A DNA stretch of 64,000 nt from an uncultured Clostridia bacterium (GCA_947166705.1 CAMVFE010000002.1:5695-69694); one strand, 5' to 3'. Positions 30,017 to 40,547 are shown, numbered from the stretch's first letter. Notes: generated by a model from the letters alone, not told the origin. Translations and numbers: made by a program.

Positions 30017-31786
30017 ATGGCGCGGAGAGACACCGTCATGAAAAAGCCGAAGGACACCCGGAGCGCGGTGCGCCGCCTGCTGCGCTACCTGGGACCCTGG
30101 AAATATGTCATCGCCGGCGTCGCCGCGCTGAGCCTTATCAGCAACCTGCTGAACCTTTGGGGGCCCAGCCTGGCGGGCTCCGCCATCCGGGAGGCCGCGG
30201 CCGGCGCCGGAAAGGTGAACTTTGAGGCCGTGGGGCATTACGCGGGGCTCATGCTGCTGTGCTATCTCGGTTCGGCGCTGCTGGGCTTCGGCATCAGCGC
30301 GGCCATGACCGTCATCAGCCGGCGCACGTCCCGCCAGATGCGCCAGGATGTCTTTGACAAGCTGATGCGCCTGCCCGTGGGCTATTTCGACCGGCATCAG
30401 GCCGGGGACATCATCAGCCGCGTCAGCTACGACATCGACGTGATTTCCACCTGCATGTCCACGGACATCGTCCAGATTCTTTCCAGCACGGTCACGGTGG
30501 TCGGTTCCCTGATCATGATGGTCAGTATTTCCCTGCCCCTTTCGCTGCTGACGCTGGTCACCGTGCCGGTGGCCGTCTCCTATACCGTCCACATGCGGAA
30601 AAAGACCCAGCCCCGGTATGCCAGGCGGTCCAAAAGCTACGGCGTGATGAACGGTTTTGTGGAAGAGATGCTTTCAGGCCAGAAAACCATCCTGGCCTAT
30701 GCGTATGAAAACCGGGTGGACGAGCGCTTCGGGGACATCAACCGGGACGCGGCGGATGCCTTTTCCGACGCGGAGCATTACGGCGTCGTCATCGGGCCGA
30801 CCATGGGCGCCATCAACAACCTGGGCCTCAGTCTCATCGGCCTGCTGGGCGGGCTTCTGTATCTGAACGGGCGGATCGACCTGGGGCGGATTTCCTCCTT
30901 CGTGCTTTACAGCCGGAAATTCGCCGGGCCTATCAACGCCATCGCGGAAATCTTCAACGAGCTCTTCTCCGCCCTGGCCGCGGCGGAGCGGGTTTTCACC
31001 CTGCTGGACGAGGAGGAGGAGCCCGCCGACGTGCCGGAGGCGCGGCTGCTGGAAAACGTGCGGGGCGACGTTTCCCTGGAGCATGTGGCCTTCGGGTACG
31101 ACCCCGGCCGGACCATCCTGCACGATCTGTCCCTGGAGGCGCCCGCCGGCCGGCTGATCGCCATCGTCGGGCCCACCGGCGCCGGAAAAACCACGATCAT
31201 CAACCTGCTGATGCGCTTCTACGATCCGGATTCCGGATCCATCCGCATCGACGGGCAGGATATCCGTTCCGCCGTCCGCCGCAGCGTCCGCGGCGCCTAT
31301 GCCATGGTGCTGCAGGATACCTGGGTTTTTCAGGGAACGATCTTTGAAAACATCGCCTACGGAAAGGAAAACGCGACCATGGACGAGGTGGTGGCCGCGG
31401 CGAAGGCCGCCCGGATCCACCCCTTCATCATGCGGCTGCCCCAGGGCTACGACACCGTGATCACCGAGGACGGCGGCAATATCTCCAAGGGCCAGAAGCA
31501 GCTGCTGACCATCGCCCGGGCGATGCTCTACAACGCGCCGATGCTGATCCTCGACGAGGCCACCTCCAACGTGGACACCGCCACGGAGCGGGAGATCCAG
31601 AAGGCGATGCGGGAGCTGATGAAGGACCGGACCTGCTTTGTCATCGCCCACCGCCTGTCCACCATCGAGCACGCGGACCGGATCCTCGTCCTGCGGGACG
31701 GGGATGTGGTGGAGCAGGGAACCCACCGGGAGCTGATGGACCGGAAGGGGTTCTATCACCGGCTCTACGCCGCGCAGTTTGAATAG
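30017..31786 (+). CDS. Heterodimeric ABC exporter subunit B
   Basis: TMD+NBD; GPTGAGKT, ISKGQKQ, ILDEATS, IAHRL. Confidence 0.9.
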   Translation: MARRDTVMKKPKDTRSAVRRLLRYLGPWKYVIAGVAALSLISNLLNLWGPSLAGSAIREAAAGAGKVNFEAVGHYAGLMLLCYLGSALLGFGISAAMTVISRRTSRQMRQDVFDKLMRLPVGYFDRHQAGDIISRVSYDIDVISTCMSTDIVQILSSTVTVVGSLIMMVSISLPLSLLTLVTVPVAVSYTVHMRKKTQPRYARRSKSYGVMNGFVEEMLSGQKTILAYAYENRVDERFGDINRDAADAFSDAEHYGVVIGPTMGAINNLGLSLIGLLGGLLYLNGRIDLGRISSFVLYSRKFAGPINAIAEIFNELFSALAAAERVFTLLDEEEEPADVPEARLLENVRGDVSLEHVAFGYDPGRTILHDLSLEAPAGRLIAIVGPTGAGKTTIINLLMRFYDPDSGSIRIDGQDIRSAVRRSVRGAYAMVLQDTWVFQGTIFENIAYGKENATMDEVVAAAKAARIHPFIMRLPQGYDTVITEDGGNISKGQKQLLTIARAMLYNAPMLILDEATSNVDTATEREIQKAMRELMKDRTCFVIAHRLSTIEHADRILVLRDGDVVEQGTHRELMDRKGFYHRLYAAQFE

Positions 31787-31830
31787 CTTCCCTTCCCTGT
31801 CCGGCGGCGCCGCGGCCGCGGCCGGCCGGC

Positions 31831-32583
31831 TTATCTCCCGCAGAGATCCCGGACAACTTCCCCGGCCAGGATCAGCCCGGCCGCGGCGGGAACGAAGGCC
31901 GTGGAGCCGGGAATATCCCGTCGCACGGTACACTTCCGGGTACCGGGCGGGCAGACGCAGTGGGACCGGCAGCTGATGGACGGATCCTCCGGCGGCCGGA
32001 TCGGCTGTTCCGTGGAATACACGACCTTCAGGCGCCGGATCCCTCTTTTCCGGCATTCGCTTCGCATCACCCGCGCCAGCGGGCAGACGGACGTGCTGTA
32101 AATATCCGCCACCCGGAAGGCGGACGGATCCAGCTTGTTTCCCGCGCCCATGGCGCAGATGATCGGCGTATGGGCGGCCTGCGCCTGTTCAACCAGCGCC
32201 AGCTTTCCCTTCACCGTATCGATGGCGTCCACCACATAGTCATACTGTGAAAAATCGAACTCCGCCTGCGTTTCGGGCAGAAAAAAGGTTTTGTGGGTGA
32301 CGACCCGGCAGTCCGGGTTGATCTCGTGAACCCGCTCCTCCGCCACGTCCACCTTGTATTTTCCGATCGTTTTCCGCGTGGCGTGCAGCTGCCTGTTCAG
32401 GTTGGTCAGGCAGACCCGGTCGTCGTCGATCAGGTCCAGCGCGCCGATGCCGGAACGGGCGAGGGCTTCCACCACATATCCGCCCACGCCGCCGATCCCG
32501 AAAACGGCCACCCGGCATGCTGCCAGGCGTTCCATAGCCTCAGCGCCCAGCAGAAGCTGCGTTCTGGAAAACTGGTTCAGCAT
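31831..32583 (-). CDS. tcdA: tRNA threonylcarbamoyladenosine dehydratase (ThiF family)
   Basis: FSRTQLL, GIGGVGG, TNLNRQ, DAID, MGAGNKLDP, CPLA, GSTAFVP. Confidence 0.88.
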   Translation of the reverse strand: MLNQFSRTQLLLGAEAMERLAACRVAVFGIGGVGGYVVEALARSGIGALDLIDDDRVCLTNLNRQLHATRKTIGKYKVDVAEERVHEINPDCRVVTHKTFFLPETQAEFDFSQYDYVVDAIDTVKGKLALVEQAQAAHTPIICAMGAGNKLDPSAFRVADIYSTSVCPLARVMRSECRKRGIRRLKVVYSTEQPIRPPEDPSISCRSHCVCPPGTRKCTVRRDIPGSTAFVPAAAGLILAGEVVRDLCGR

Positions 32584-32637
32584 CTTTCGTTCTCCGTTCC
32601 GTTCAGAAATCCCCGGGGAAATACCGCCCGTCCGGGC

Positions 32638-33531
32638 TCATTCCTCCGCCGGAAGCTCGATGAACGCCATGATGTCAGCGTCCTTGGCGCCTCCGCCCAT
32701 GATCCTGCGCATTTTTTTCGCGCCCTTCTTCCGGGCCAGCAGCGCCGAGGACGGGCCGCCGTCCAGATTGTACAGCCATTCCAGCTCAAAATACTGGCTG
32801 AAGAAGTCGTTCACCTCGTGGAGGGTCAGGCCGTTTCCGCCTTCATTGCTGACGGAAAGCAGCAGGTAGTTGTTGCGGTCGACCCGTCCGATGACCGTCC
32901 GCCTCGCCTTTTTCCCGGCAAACGCCCAGTCCTCCGGCGTCAGGATTTCCCCGCCGCGCTGCATGGGGCACTGGATGTAGAAGCTCCAGGTCTGGATCGG
33001 GCTTCGGGCCAGCACGGCTTCATTGTCCTCCGCCACGTACATCTGAAGGCCGTCCTCCTCCAGCGTCAGCCCGTAATAGGGAACGCCCTCCAGATTGCGG
33101 AACACCTCCCCGTCCGTCACGGTCAGGGAGCCGAGCGGGGTGAAGTAATAATCGGCGTTCTTCCCCGGATAATCCTCCGGAATCCAGGGATAAAGCGGGC
33201 TGACGTATCCGCTTCCGTTGATCACCAGCGCCGCGTCCGGGATCTTTTGCGCCATGTGCGCGGGCAGCATGATGTTCTTCTTCCACGACGCGGTCGCCTT
33301 CCGGATCTGTTTCGCGGGGTCCCGCATCCAGATTTTGGTCAGGTAGCACCTGATGCCGTGCACCTTGAAGGTTTCCATCTGGTACTTCAGGGTCTCCGAA
33401 TCGTAGGAACGGTAGGCCTTGTGGGTAAACTCATATTCGCGGGGCGGATAAACCTCCTCCGCGCCCGCGGCCGCGGCGGCGAACGCCAGGCAGGCCAGCA
33501 GGCAGATCATCCGTTTCAGGGCTCTCCTCAT
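32638..33531 (-). CDS. Secreted phosphodiester glycosidase (NAGPA-like) family protein
   Basis: Start reassigned to ATG 33531; signal peptide; INGS, RTVIG, YNLDGGPSS. Confidence 0.75.
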   Translation of the reverse strand: MRRALKRMICLLACLAFAAAAAGAEEVYPPREYEFTHKAYRSYDSETLKYQMETFKVHGIRCYLTKIWMRDPAKQIRKATASWKKNIMLPAHMAQKIPDAALVINGSGYVSPLYPWIPEDYPGKNADYYFTPLGSLTVTDGEVFRNLEGVPYYGLTLEEDGLQMYVAEDNEAVLARSPIQTWSFYIQCPMQRGGEILTPEDWAFAGKKARRTVIGRVDRNNYLLLSVSNEGGNGLTLHEVNDFFSQYFELEWLYNLDGGPSSALLARKKGAKKMRRIMGGGAKDADIMAFIELPAEE

Positions 33532-33532
33532 C

Positions 33533-34972
33533 CTATGCTTCCCTCCCGGCTTTTTTCTCATCGCTCTCCGGCGCCGCGCCGCCGGCCTTCCCCCGCGCGT
33601 CCAGGCCGCGGACCGCTTCCGCCCAGATGGCGCATTCCATCCGCTTCCGGAACAGCTCGCAGCCGGTCCCGTACACGCCGCGGACGGAGCCCGTCGCGTG
33701 ATACGCGTTGGCCGCGCATCCGCCGGAGCAGTACAGCCTGGCCCAGCAGGTCCTGCATTCCTCCCGCGCGTAGACGTTGCAGGCGGCAAATTCATCCTGC
33801 ACGGCGGTGTTGACGACCCCCTGCCAGATGTCCCCCAGGCGGAACCGCTCCTCCCCCACGAACTGATGGCAGGGATACAGATCCCCCCAGGGCGTCACGG
33901 CCATGTACTCGGTTCCCGATCCGCAGCCGGAGATCCGCTTGTAAACGCACGGACCGCCGGTGAGGTCGATCATATAATGGTAAAAGGTGAAGGGCCTGCC
34001 CTCGCGCCGGCGCTGCACCAGCAGCCTCGCGAGATCCTCGTACTGTTTCATGACGACGGGCAGGTCCTCCTTCGTCAGCGCCGACGGATCCCCCTCCGCG
34101 CAGACCACCGGCTCCATGCTCAGCTCCGTGAAGCCCAGGTCCAGCATGACCTGAATATCCTTCAGGAAATCCGGATTCGCGTGGGTAAAGGTTCCCCGCA
34201 TATAGTAGTTCTTCCCGCCCCGGGCCTCCACGAGCTTCCGGAACTTCGGCACAATCCGCTCCCAGGAGCCGTTCCCGGCGTAGTCCACCCGGAACCGGTC
34301 GTGGATCTCCTTCCGACCGTCCAGGCTCAGCACCACGTTGGCGCACTCCCGGTTGGCGAAGTCGATCACGTCGTCGTCGATCAGCATGCCGTTGGTCGTC
34401 AGCGTGAAGCGGAAGTTCTTGCCGTGCTCCTTCTCCACAGAGCGGGCGTAGGCCACCAGCCTTTTGACCACGTCAAAGTTCATCAGCGGCTCCCCGCCGA
34501 AGAAATCCACCTCCAGGTTCCTGCGGCTTCCGGAATGGGCGATCAGGAAATCCAGCGCCTGTTTTCCGACCTCGTAGGACATGACCGCCCGGTCCCCGTG
34601 GTACTTCCCCTGGCTGGCGAAGCAGTAGGAGCAGTTCAGGTTGCAGGTATGTGCCACGTGAAGGCACAGCGCCTTCACCACGCCGGCGGTTTTCTGCTTC
34701 AGCTCCCCGGCCATCGGCTCGAAGGTGTCCCCGGAGAAAAGCCTTCCGGCTTCCTTCAGCGCCGTGATTTCGTCGTAGCACTGCGCCAGCTCCTCCGGCG
34801 TGACATCCTCCCTGTGCCCGTATTTTTCCGTCATCGCGGAAAGAATGCGGTCACGGCTCTCAGCCTCGTAACGGCCGATCATGTCGTAGGCGATCTCATC
34901 CACCAGGTGCACGCTGCCGGAGCAAACGTCCAGCACGATGTTCAGCCCGTCCATTTGATACTGATGAATCAT
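33533..34972 (-). CDS. scfB: SCIFF/ranthipeptide radical SAM-SPASM maturase
   Basis: Start MIHQY at 34972; CNLNCSYC, FFGGEP, SPASM CGSG...PCHQF...CRTC...CSGGC...C; directly downstream of scfA. Confidence 0.93.
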   Translation of the reverse strand: MIHQYQMDGLNIVLDVCSGSVHLVDEIAYDMIGRYEAESRDRILSAMTEKYGHREDVTPEELAQCYDEITALKEAGRLFSGDTFEPMAGELKQKTAGVVKALCLHVAHTCNLNCSYCFASQGKYHGDRAVMSYEVGKQALDFLIAHSGSRRNLEVDFFGGEPLMNFDVVKRLVAYARSVEKEHGKNFRFTLTTNGMLIDDDVIDFANRECANVVLSLDGRKEIHDRFRVDYAGNGSWERIVPKFRKLVEARGGKNYYMRGTFTHANPDFLKDIQVMLDLGFTELSMEPVVCAEGDPSALTKEDLPVVMKQYEDLARLLVQRRREGRPFTFYHYMIDLTGGPCVYKRISGCGSGTEYMAVTPWGDLYPCHQFVGEERFRLGDIWQGVVNTAVQDEFAACNVYAREECRTCWARLYCSGGCAANAYHATGSVRGVYGTGCELFRKRMECAIWAEAVRGLDARGKAGGAAPESDEKKAGREA

Positions 34973-35056
34973 ACTCTCTCTCTCTCCCTGTTTCCCGGAG
35001 CCGGCGGCTTTCCCGGGCGGAAAGCCCCGCCCGGTCCGCCGTCTTCTTCCGCTTAC

Positions 35057-35089
35057 GGAAAAATGCCGCCCCGCAGGCGGCATTTTTCT
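35057..35089 (-). terminator. Hairpin/terminator between scfA and scfB
   Basis: GAAAAATGCCGCC-ccgca-GGCGGCATTTTTC. Confidence 0.65.
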
Positions 35090-35100
35090 CAGAAGCCCGA

Positions 35101-35253
35101 TTACTTCCGCTCGGCCTTGTTCTCGCACTGCTGGTTCGCAATGCCGCAGCTGGTCTTGCAGGCGGACTGGCAGGACGTCTGGCATTCGCCGCATCCGCCG
35201 TTCTTCGCGCTCTCGCAGAGATTCCGGGTGTTCAGCGTCTGAATGTGCTCCAT
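35101..35253 (-). CDS. scfA: SCIFF ranthipeptide precursor (50 aa)
   Basis: Not in ORF track. Manual translation MEHIQTLNTRNLCESAKNGGCGECQTSCQSACKTSCGIANQQCENKAERK; RBS GGGAGG. Confidence 0.95.
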   Translation of the reverse strand: MEHIQTLNTRNLCESAKNGGCGECQTSCQSACKTSCGIANQQCENKAERK

Positions 35254-35288
35254 GGGAAAACCCTCCCTTGATCTTCAAATTCGCGGTT

Positions 35289-35317
35289 ATTGTACCACAG
35301 CGCTCCGCGTAAGTCAA
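35289..35317 (-). promoter_or_regulatory. Sigma-A promoter for scfAB
   Basis: Minus strand TTGACT-17bp-TACAAT with TGn extension. Confidence 0.75.
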
Positions 35318-35397
35318 ACGGCACGCCGCCTGTAACGGTATTTGCCTCTGCGGACGCCCTCGCTTCCGTTCACAGGCACGGCTGCCGCCTCCGTTGC

Positions 35398-35426
35398 TTG
35401 ACAGGCCGGCATCCGGCGGGGATAAT
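35398..35426 (+). promoter_or_regulatory. Sigma-A promoter for araC-MATE
   Basis: TTGACA-17bp-GATAAT. Confidence 0.7.
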
Positions 35427-35480
35427 AGCGTTATCCGTATCGACATCGGCGCGGCGCGCCCTTTTTCAGGAGGAAGGAAC

Positions 35481-36422
35481 ATGCTTCATCCCTCTGACGC
35501 CCCCACCACCTTTTCGTCCCTTTCCCAGGGCAGGATTCTGGGATATGAGGCGCATTATGAATTCAGCGAGCGCCTGGACTCCCCGCAGTATCACTGCCAC
35601 GATTACTACGAGTTTTATCTGCATCTTCGCGGCGGGCAGTATATGGGGGTGGACGACCGGCTCTTTCAGCTCAAGCCCAACCAGGTCTTTATCTTTCCGC
35701 CCTTCTACATGCACGGCCTCAGCAGCGCCTGGGAGCTTCACGACTATGAACGGGCCTATATCTGCCTCTCCGGGGAGGTGCTCTCCGTCCTCGGCTGCGG
35801 CCAGCTGGACCTGGACCGCTTCTTCCGTTCCCACGCCGCCGAAGGCCGCTACACCTTTCAGCTCAGCGCTTCGCAGGCCGCGGACTTCGTCCGGATCACG
35901 CGGCAGCTCCAGGAGCAGGCCGGCGAAGCCGCCGACGCGCCTGCCCGCTTCCAGAATTACAGCCTGCTGATCGGGATCCTCAGCATCCTGTGCCGGACCG
36001 TTTCCGCGTCAGATCCGGAAAGGAGCGGCGATGCCGCAAATTCCTTTATCCGGAAGGTTCTGGCCTATATCAATGTCCATTATACCGAGGAGCTCAGCGT
36101 CCCGGCCCTGGCCCGGCATTTCAACGTAAGCCCCTCCTATCTCTCCCATGAGTTTTCCCGCTTCACCAACCGCAGCCCCTATGACTACATCCTGTACAGG
36201 CGGATCATGCTGTCCCGCCAGCTGATGACGGAAAACGAGACGCTCAGCGCCATTGCCTTCCGGTGCGGCTTCAACGATTACTCCAACTTTCTCCGGTCCT
36301 TCATGAAAATCGTGGGCGTTTCCCCCAGCCGGTACCGGAAGGAGCAGTTCCGCCCCCGGGCTTCGGGGCCTGAAAAAAGCGGTTCCGCGCCCGCGAAACG
36401 AATAAACGGTAAGGAGTCCTGA
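35481..36422 (+). CDS. AraC family regulator (cupin + HTH)
   Basis: ATG after AGGAGG; HCHDYYE cupin; SPSYLSHEF, CGFNDYSNF..F..IVGVSP..YR. Confidence 0.9.
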   Translation: MLHPSDAPTTFSSLSQGRILGYEAHYEFSERLDSPQYHCHDYYEFYLHLRGGQYMGVDDRLFQLKPNQVFIFPPFYMHGLSSAWELHDYERAYICLSGEVLSVLGCGQLDLDRFFRSHAAEGRYTFQLSASQAADFVRITRQLQEQAGEAADAPARFQNYSLLIGILSILCRTVSASDPERSGDAANSFIRKVLAYINVHYTEELSVPALARHFNVSPSYLSHEFSRFTNRSPYDYILYRRIMLSRQLMTENETLSAIAFRCGFNDYSNFLRSFMKIVGVSPSRYRKEQFRPRASGPEKSGSAPAKRINGKES

Positions 36423-36424
36423 CC

Positions 36425-37771
36425 ATGGCACGCACCAAAGACATGACGGCGGGAAATCCCGTCAGGCTGATCCTGGTTTTCGCGCTTCCGGTCCTGGCCG
36501 GGAACATGCTGCAGCAGCTGTACAGCCTGGTGGATTCCCTGATTATCGGCCAGCTGCTCGGCGTCACGGCGCTGACGGCCGTCTCGGCATCGGGATGGCT
36601 GGACTGGGCAGTGCTTTCCGTTCCCATGGGCCTGGCCCAGGGCTTTTCCATCCGCGCCGCCCAATGCTACGGCGGGAAACGCTTTGACGCGCTGAAAAAA
36701 ACCGTCGCGCAGAGCTACCTGATCTCCGCGGCGGTCACGGCGGTCCTGGAGCTTCTGAGCCAGCTGCTGCTGCACCCGGTGCTGGTTCTGATGAATTCGC
36801 CCGGGGAAACGATCCGCCTGACGGAAAACTACCTGCGCATCATCTACGCGGGCCTTCCGGTCGTCATGTGCCTGAACGTCTTCAGCGGTTTCCTGCACGC
36901 CCTGGGAAACAGCAGGACTCCGCTGGCGGCGCTGGCCTGCTCCACGGCGGTCAACATCGTCCTGGACTGGTGGTTTGTCGGATCGCTTGGCCTGGGCACA
37001 AACGGCGGAGCCTATGCCACCGTGATCGCGCAGGCGGTATCCGCCGCGGTCTGCCTGGCCGCGGTGCTCCGGACACCGGAGCTCGGGCCCCGGCGCGCCG
37101 ATTTCCGCCCGGACCGGCGTGTGATCGGGAAGCTGGTCCGGCTTGGTTTCCCCGTCGCCTTCCAGAACCTGATCATTTCCGTCGGCGGCCTCGTGCTGCA
37201 GGGCGTGGTGAACGCCTTCGGCTTTGTTTTCATGGCGGGCTACAACGCCGCCGCCCGGCTGCAGGGCCTGGTGGAAATCGCCGGCACCTCCCTCGGCAGC
37301 GCCGCCGGAACCTTCACCGGCCAGAACATCGGCGCCGGCAGGAAGGACCGGGTCCGGCTCGGCCTTCGCCGCTCCGCGCAGATGGGCTTTGCTCTGGCGG
37401 CTGCCGTGGGGCTGATCATCGTGATTCTCGGGCGCCCGATCCTGTCCCTGTTCATCCGGGACGAGGCAGAGCTCGCCGCGCAGGTGACGGCCATCGGATA
37501 TGATTTCCTGCGGGTGATGGCCGCGGGCCTTCCGATGCTGTACCTGCTGTTTGTGTACCGCTCCACCCTCCAGGGGCTCGGAGACACGGTGGTCCCAATG
37601 GTCTCCGGCTTTGTCGAGCTGGCGATGCGGGTCGGAACCGTCCTGCTGCTCCCCCGGCTGATCGGGTACTGGGGCGTATATATCGCGGAGATCGCCGCCT
37701 GGGTTTTCGCCGGAGTCTTCCTGATCGTCGGCTGCTACCGCAGGCTGCGGATGATCCCCGCGGATACCTGA
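36425..37771 (+). CDS. MATE family efflux transporter
   Basis: DMTAGNP..LILVFALP...QQLYSLVD; GNSRTPL; multiple TMs. Confidence 0.9.
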   Translation: MARTKDMTAGNPVRLILVFALPVLAGNMLQQLYSLVDSLIIGQLLGVTALTAVSASGWLDWAVLSVPMGLAQGFSIRAAQCYGGKRFDALKKTVAQSYLISAAVTAVLELLSQLLLHPVLVLMNSPGETIRLTENYLRIIYAGLPVVMCLNVFSGFLHALGNSRTPLAALACSTAVNIVLDWWFVGSLGLGTNGGAYATVIAQAVSAAVCLAAVLRTPELGPRRADFRPDRRVIGKLVRLGFPVAFQNLIISVGGLVLQGVVNAFGFVFMAGYNAAARLQGLVEIAGTSLGSAAGTFTGQNIGAGRKDRVRLGLRRSAQMGFALAAAVGLIIVILGRPILSLFIRDEAELAAQVTAIGYDFLRVMAAGLPMLYLLFVYRSTLQGLGDTVVPMVSGFVELAMRVGTVLLLPRLIGYWGVYIAEIAAWVFAGVFLIVGCYRRLRMIPADT

Positions 37772-37909
37772 CGGGACCGGAAGGCCGCCCGGGAACGGGC
37801 GGTGCGGGCGCCGGGCGGATGCCCGGCCTGCCGTCGGAAATCCATCGGCCGGATATGGAACGCGGGCGCCGGAGAAACTCCGGCGCCCGCACCGTTTTAT
37901 CGGGTCAGA

Positions 37910-39544
37910 TTATTTTTCGAAGGTGATACCGTAGACTTCCTGCAGCTTCTCAATGCGCTCGTTGATGATATCCTCACCGCCGATGCTCATGTAGTCGGCC
38001 ATGTACTGATCGTACACCTTGTCGAAGTCTTCCACGGAGGCGGTCACGGCCTTGGTCAGCAGCTCGTCGCGCTTGGAGGTCAGGGATCCGCCGACCTCGG
38101 TCTCGGACTCGATGACGCCCACGTTGAAGTGCTTCGCGATCCTGTAGTTGCTGTAGCCGTATTCATGGGCCAGCGTGATCATCTCAGGCTCGATGCCCGG
38201 ATAGGCCAGGGCGAGGGTGGCGTCGGTGGCGTCGCCCAGGTGATAGCCGTTCAGCGTCATGGTGTAGTCGATGTTCATGCCGGAGTTCATGATCCACTCG
38301 CCGGTGGCGCCCAGGTTCTTGTAAGCGCCTTCGGGGGTCAGCTCGTAGTTGACGCCCTCCTTGCCGGTCTGCAGGAAGGTGATCACATCCTGGGAAGAGA
38401 TGAAGTTGATGTACAGCAGGGAAGCCAGCACTTCCTTGTTGGTGGAGGGCAGGAAAATCTTGCGGTCGCTGCCCACGGGGCTGCCCACGTACTTGCGGGT
38501 GATGCCGGCGTCGTTCTTGAAGCAGTCGATCGGGATATATTCGGCATTCTCGCCCACATTGCGCTTCAGGTTGTTGGCGATGCTGTCCTCACCGTTGCGG
38601 TAGGGGTAATCCCAGTTATGCATGAACGCGCCGACGTAGCCGGCCTTCATCAGGTTGTCCTCATCCGTGGAATCGGTGTGCTCGCCGAAATCCTTCCAGA
38701 CCAGGCCTTCGTTGTACCACTTGTTCAGCACGCGGATGCCTTCCTTGTATCCGGGATAGAGCAGGTGGCGGTCATCGTAGCCGTAGACGAACAGGGCTTC
38801 GTCGGAGATGTCCTCCGCAACCTTGCTGATGCTCAGCAGGTCGTTCCGCCAGCCGATATCGGTGGAGGTGGAATACGGAATCATCTTGGAAGCGTCCGCG
38901 CCCAGCAGCTTCTCGGCATTGTCGCGGAACGCGACCAGGCAGTTGTAGAATTCCTCTTCCGTGGTGGGGACGGCCAGCCCCAGGGCATCCAGCCAGTCCT
39001 TGCGGATGAAGGCGGTGATCCTGGACAGGTCGGGCTTGATGGCCTCGAGCATATAGGTGGCGCCGGTCACGGGATCCTGGTCATAGTACAGGTTCTCCTC
39101 GCTGCCCAGCAGGGTGATCAGGTCACCCAGCTGATCCTTGTACTGTTCAAGGTAGGGGGTCAGGTCGATGATGCCGGGGTTGCCGTTGGCGTCGATCATG
39201 GAGGCGTAGGAAACCACGGCGCCGGAGTTGTAGGTGTAGCTGACGTCGGCAGCCTTTCCGTCGGCCAGCAGGTTGGGGATATCGTTCGCCTCATCCCAGC
39301 GGCCTTCGGGCTTGAATTCGACTTCAACGTTGTACCTTTCCAGCATGCCTTCCTTGATGTAGGTCGCGAAGGGGTTGCTGGTCACATCGCTGTTGCCGTC
39401 GTTGGGACGCTCGAAAATCTCAACAGTAATCTTGTGGGGGGTCGTAAACTTGCCGTCTACGAAGTCGTCTTCCGCGAACGCGGAAGTGATTCCGAGCGTC
39501 GCGATCATCGCCAGCGCCAGAACCAGAGCCAGGATCTTCTTCAT
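37910..39544 (-). CDS. Carbohydrate ABC solute-binding protein (LplA-like)
   Basis: MKKILALV... signal ending SAFA; IRKDWLDALGL.VPTT.EE motif. Confidence 0.85.
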   Translation of the reverse strand: MKKILALVLALAMIATLGITSAFAEDDFVDGKFTTPHKITVEIFERPNDGNSDVTSNPFATYIKEGMLERYNVEVEFKPEGRWDEANDIPNLLADGKAADVSYTYNSGAVVSYASMIDANGNPGIIDLTPYLEQYKDQLGDLITLLGSEENLYYDQDPVTGATYMLEAIKPDLSRITAFIRKDWLDALGLAVPTTEEEFYNCLVAFRDNAEKLLGADASKMIPYSTSTDIGWRNDLLSISKVAEDISDEALFVYGYDDRHLLYPGYKEGIRVLNKWYNEGLVWKDFGEHTDSTDEDNLMKAGYVGAFMHNWDYPYRNGEDSIANNLKRNVGENAEYIPIDCFKNDAGITRKYVGSPVGSDRKIFLPSTNKEVLASLLYINFISSQDVITFLQTGKEGVNYELTPEGAYKNLGATGEWIMNSGMNIDYTMTLNGYHLGDATDATLALAYPGIEPEMITLAHEYGYSNYRIAKHFNVGVIESETEVGGSLTSKRDELLTKAVTASVEDFDKVYDQYMADYMSIGGEDIINERIEKLQEVYGITFEK

Positions 39545-39601
39545 GGGTTTTTCCTCCTTTTTATTTCTTTCAAGGGCTTCTGCCCTCAAAAAACGGGTTC
39601 C

Positions 39602-40534
39602 TTATCCCTTGACCGCGCCGATGGTCACGCCGGTCACGAAGTACCGCTGCAGCCAGGGATAAACCAGCAGGATCGGGACGGTGGCGAACATGACGGTCGC
39701 CATCTGGATGGTCTTGGACACGCCGGCGTCGAAGAAGCCTTCCTGCGTCGCCTGTTCGCTGGTCTGGGTCGCCGCGCGGATGATGTTGTACAGCAGCAGC
39801 TGAATCGGCCAGTACACCCGGGATTCCGAGGATTTCAGATACATCAGGGCGTCGGAGAAGCCGTTCCACCGGCCCACCGCGTAGAACAGGCTCAGCGTCG
39901 CGATGACCGGCAGGCTCAGCGGCAGGTAAACCCGGATCAGCACCCGGATGGGCCCCGCGCCGTCGATTTCCGCCGCTTCCTTCAGGCTGTCCGGCACGCT
40001 GTAGAAGAAGCTCCGCATGATGATGACGTTAAACACGCTGATACAGTTCGGAATGATCAGCGCGTAGGGCGTATCCAGCATCCGCAGCTTGCTGAGCAGC
40101 AGGTAGCTCGGAATGGTACCCGCGCTGAAGTACATGGTGAAGATGATGATGAAGTTGATCAGCTTTCCGCCCCGGAGGTTGGAGTAGGTCAGCGGATACG
40201 CGCAGCAGATTGTCAGGGTGATGGACAGCAGGGTGCAGATCACGGTCAGGATCACGGTCCAGCCCAGGGAGGTCACATACTTTTCCGTGGTCAGCACGGT
40301 CCGGTACGCCTCAAGGTTCCATCCCTTCGGCCACAGGAAGACCTCGTTCTTGATCAGGGAATCCGCACTGGAAAGGCTGGCCGCCAGCACATGAACCATG
40401 GGCAGGAGGCAGACCAGCATCAGGATGAAGCAGACGGCCGCGATGACCAGATCCCCCACCCGGGTCTTTGTGGATTTGATCATGCCGTCATGCATCCGTT
40501 TCGAGGCGTGATGGACTGAATGGACTGTACTCAT
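39602..40534 (-). CDS. Carbohydrate ABC permease (LplC-like)
   Basis: EAAEIDGA, AVGRWN, YPWLQRYFVTGVTIGAVKG. Confidence 0.9.
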   Translation of the reverse strand: MSTVHSVHHASKRMHDGMIKSTKTRVGDLVIAAVCFILMLVCLLPMVHVLAASLSSADSLIKNEVFLWPKGWNLEAYRTVLTTEKYVTSLGWTVILTVICTLLSITLTICCAYPLTYSNLRGGKLINFIIIFTMYFSAGTIPSYLLLSKLRMLDTPYALIIPNCISVFNVIIMRSFFYSVPDSLKEAAEIDGAGPIRVLIRVYLPLSLPVIATLSLFYAVGRWNGFSDALMYLKSSESRVYWPIQLLLYNIIRAATQTSEQATQEGFFDAGVSKTIQMATVMFATVPILLVYPWLQRYFVTGVTIGAVKG

Positions 40535-40547
40535 TTCGCTCGCCTCC

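Noticed and set aside
34973-35482. N-terminal extension of scfB in the ORF track (649 aa)
   Set aside because: Overlaps scfA in another frame and its promoter; true start is MIHQY at 34972
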